Shown in pieces: positions 31,050-32,000 of a stretch of DNA of 32,000 nucleotides. Made by a program: the position numbers and the translations under genes. This DNA is from Kiritimatiella glycovorans (GTDB lineage: Bacteria; Verrucomicrobiota; Kiritimatiellia; Kiritimatiellales; Kiritimatiellaceae), in the NCBI RefSeq assembly GCF_001017655.1, contig NZ_CP010904.1:1440001-1472000 (forward strand), given 5' to 3'. Below the pieces are notes generated by a model. That model made no database searches. It was not told where the DNA came from and worked only from the letters and a program-made list of their open reading frames with translations. How positions within the stretch are numbered: position 1 is the stretch's first letter; each line of letters begins with the position of its first letter.

Positions 31050-32000
31050 TTACTGGGTCGCGTGAGAGACGCGAAAGGCCCGCAGGCGGTTGAGCGCCGC
31101 CGCGATCTCATGGCGGCGCGGACGTGCGAGGTCCCCGCGCAGATCACGGGTCAGTCCCACCAGTCCCTGATTGGTCAGGTCGCGATCGATCAGGTCCAGG
31201 ACCTCGCGCAGCGAGGAACCGGTGTCCATAAACCTGAGGCGCGCGTAATAGAGCACATGGCCGATGGTGTTCATCTGGTGAACGTCCGCGATCTGCGTGA
31301 CGCCGGAGAGATCGACCGTCGAACGGCCGAACCGGATTTCGTGTCCGGACACGACCCCGATGGCGGTATCGTCCACGCCGGACGTCGGGTCGAGGCTGCC
31401 GGGCATGACCCAGCGGCTCCGGTCCAGCAGGGCCGGAAGATCGACCGCGGGAGCGTGCGGCGGTTCCGGATAATGCCCGTCCGCAGCCCCGGCATCGATC
31501 TGCGTCAGCCGGTTGCCTTCGAAACGGAAGACCGTGTCCGCGGAAGAGAGGTATTCCGCGGTCAGCGATGAACCGACCACGATCATGGAGAGTCCGAGAT
31601 CGTCCACCATGGCCCTCGCGCGCGACGAAATCGGGATCCGTTCCGGCTTTTCCAGCAGCCCGCGGCCAGCCGGGGCGCCCGACAGGAATTCGGGCGAGGA
31701 GCTGTCCTCGTCGAAAATCAGAACCCGGCCGCCGGACTCGAGCGCTTCCATCGTCGAGGCCGCCTGCGACTCGAACGCGTCCGCGCACTCGGTCGAGTAA
31801 TCGACCCAGGCATCCCGCGTATCGCCGTCGGCATAGAAGGGGCTGAGATCCATCCGGCGGATGCTGCGCCCGAGCTCGGATCCGATATGGACCGCGTCCG
31901 AGACCGTCACCACCATCTCGCGCCCGTCGCCGAGCACATGGTTATAAATTCCATCCGAAAGCGCCCGGATCAGGTCCCTGCGTTCTCTTCCGCCCTCACA
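31050..32000 (-). CDS. Predicted ABC-class ATPase (COG3044-like), C-terminal part (CDS runs off the right edge)
   Basis: The track starts this ORF at an internal GTG (31937), but the frame stays open to position 32000 (..RALSDGIYNHVLGDGREMVVT..). The GIYNH.LGDGRE.VVT and LIFDEDSS blocks match my memory of the uncharacterised ABC-ATPase family. Confidence 0.65.
   Translation of the reverse strand, partial: CEGGRERRDLIRALSDGIYNHVLGDGREMVVTVSDAVHIGSELGRSIRRMDLSPFYADGDTRDAWVDYSTECADAFESQAASTMEALESGGRVLIFDEDSSSPEFLSGAPAGRGLLEKPERIPISSRARAMVDDLGLSMIVVGSSLTAEYLSSADTVFRFEGNRLTQIDAGAADGHYPEPPHAPAVDLPALLDRSRWVMPGSLDPTSGVDDTAIGVVSGHEIRFGRSTVDLSGVTQIADVHQMNTIGHVLYYARLRFMDTGSSLREVLDLIDRDLTNQGLVGLTRDLRGDLARPRRHEIAAALNRLRAFRVSHATQ

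Overview
This is a visibly GC-rich bacterial chromosomal window. GC content was not computed, and no rRNA, tRNA, cas, transposase or phage genes were recognised. I support about 28 CDS. The gene content looks like a polysaccharide-degrading organism of the Planctomycetes-Verrucomicrobia-Chlamydiae (PVC) type, such as Kiritimatiellota, Verrucomicrobiota or Lentisphaerota. That placement is inference only. Layout from left to right:

- **1-7417:** a minus-strand glycan-catabolism block. It holds two tandem paralogous secreted glycoside-hydrolase-like genes, a PfkB kinase, a D-lyxose-isomerase-family cupin, a class II aldolase and a GH127-like enzyme.
- **7686-11170:** a lipid-enzyme trio of cardiolipin synthase, an endonuclease/exonuclease/phosphatase (EEP) family protein and a patatin.
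- **11261-18484:** a long minus-strand gene string. It combines an HptB/HsbR/HsbA-type partner-switching phosphorelay with glycan-synthesis-type genes and an anaerobic sulfatase maturase (anSME).
- **18627-32000:** housekeeping and envelope genes (pepA, alr, UDP-glucose dehydrogenase, an alternative oxidase (AOX)-like protein, argH, dtd and an ABC-class ATPase).

The most unusual object is a non-coding mosaic repeat array of about 1.24 kb at 14486-15728. It fills essentially the whole gap between the sugar transferase and the STAS gene, inside the split partner-switching module.

- It is built from two GC-hairpin modules, 11 copies each, plus a 12-nt CGAYTGCCACGA motif in 17 copies.
- All units share one orientation.
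- It contains near-identical internal blocks of 105-140 bp.
- It is not CRISPR-like, because there are no unique spacers.

Secondary items:
- a nucleotidyltransferase / left-handed beta-helix (LbH) fusion with a degenerate phosphoglycosyl-transferase (PGT) domain, abutting the STAS gene
- a 144-bp MITE-like element with 19-bp terminal inverted repeats and a perfect 9-bp direct-repeat flank in the alr / UDP-glucose dehydrogenase divergent region
- a small family of hexamer-periodic, inverted-repeat-flanked intergenic elements at about 9.3, 11.2, 20.8 and 28.3 kb

All product calls rest on motif recognition by eye. No searches were run, and start codons are provisional.
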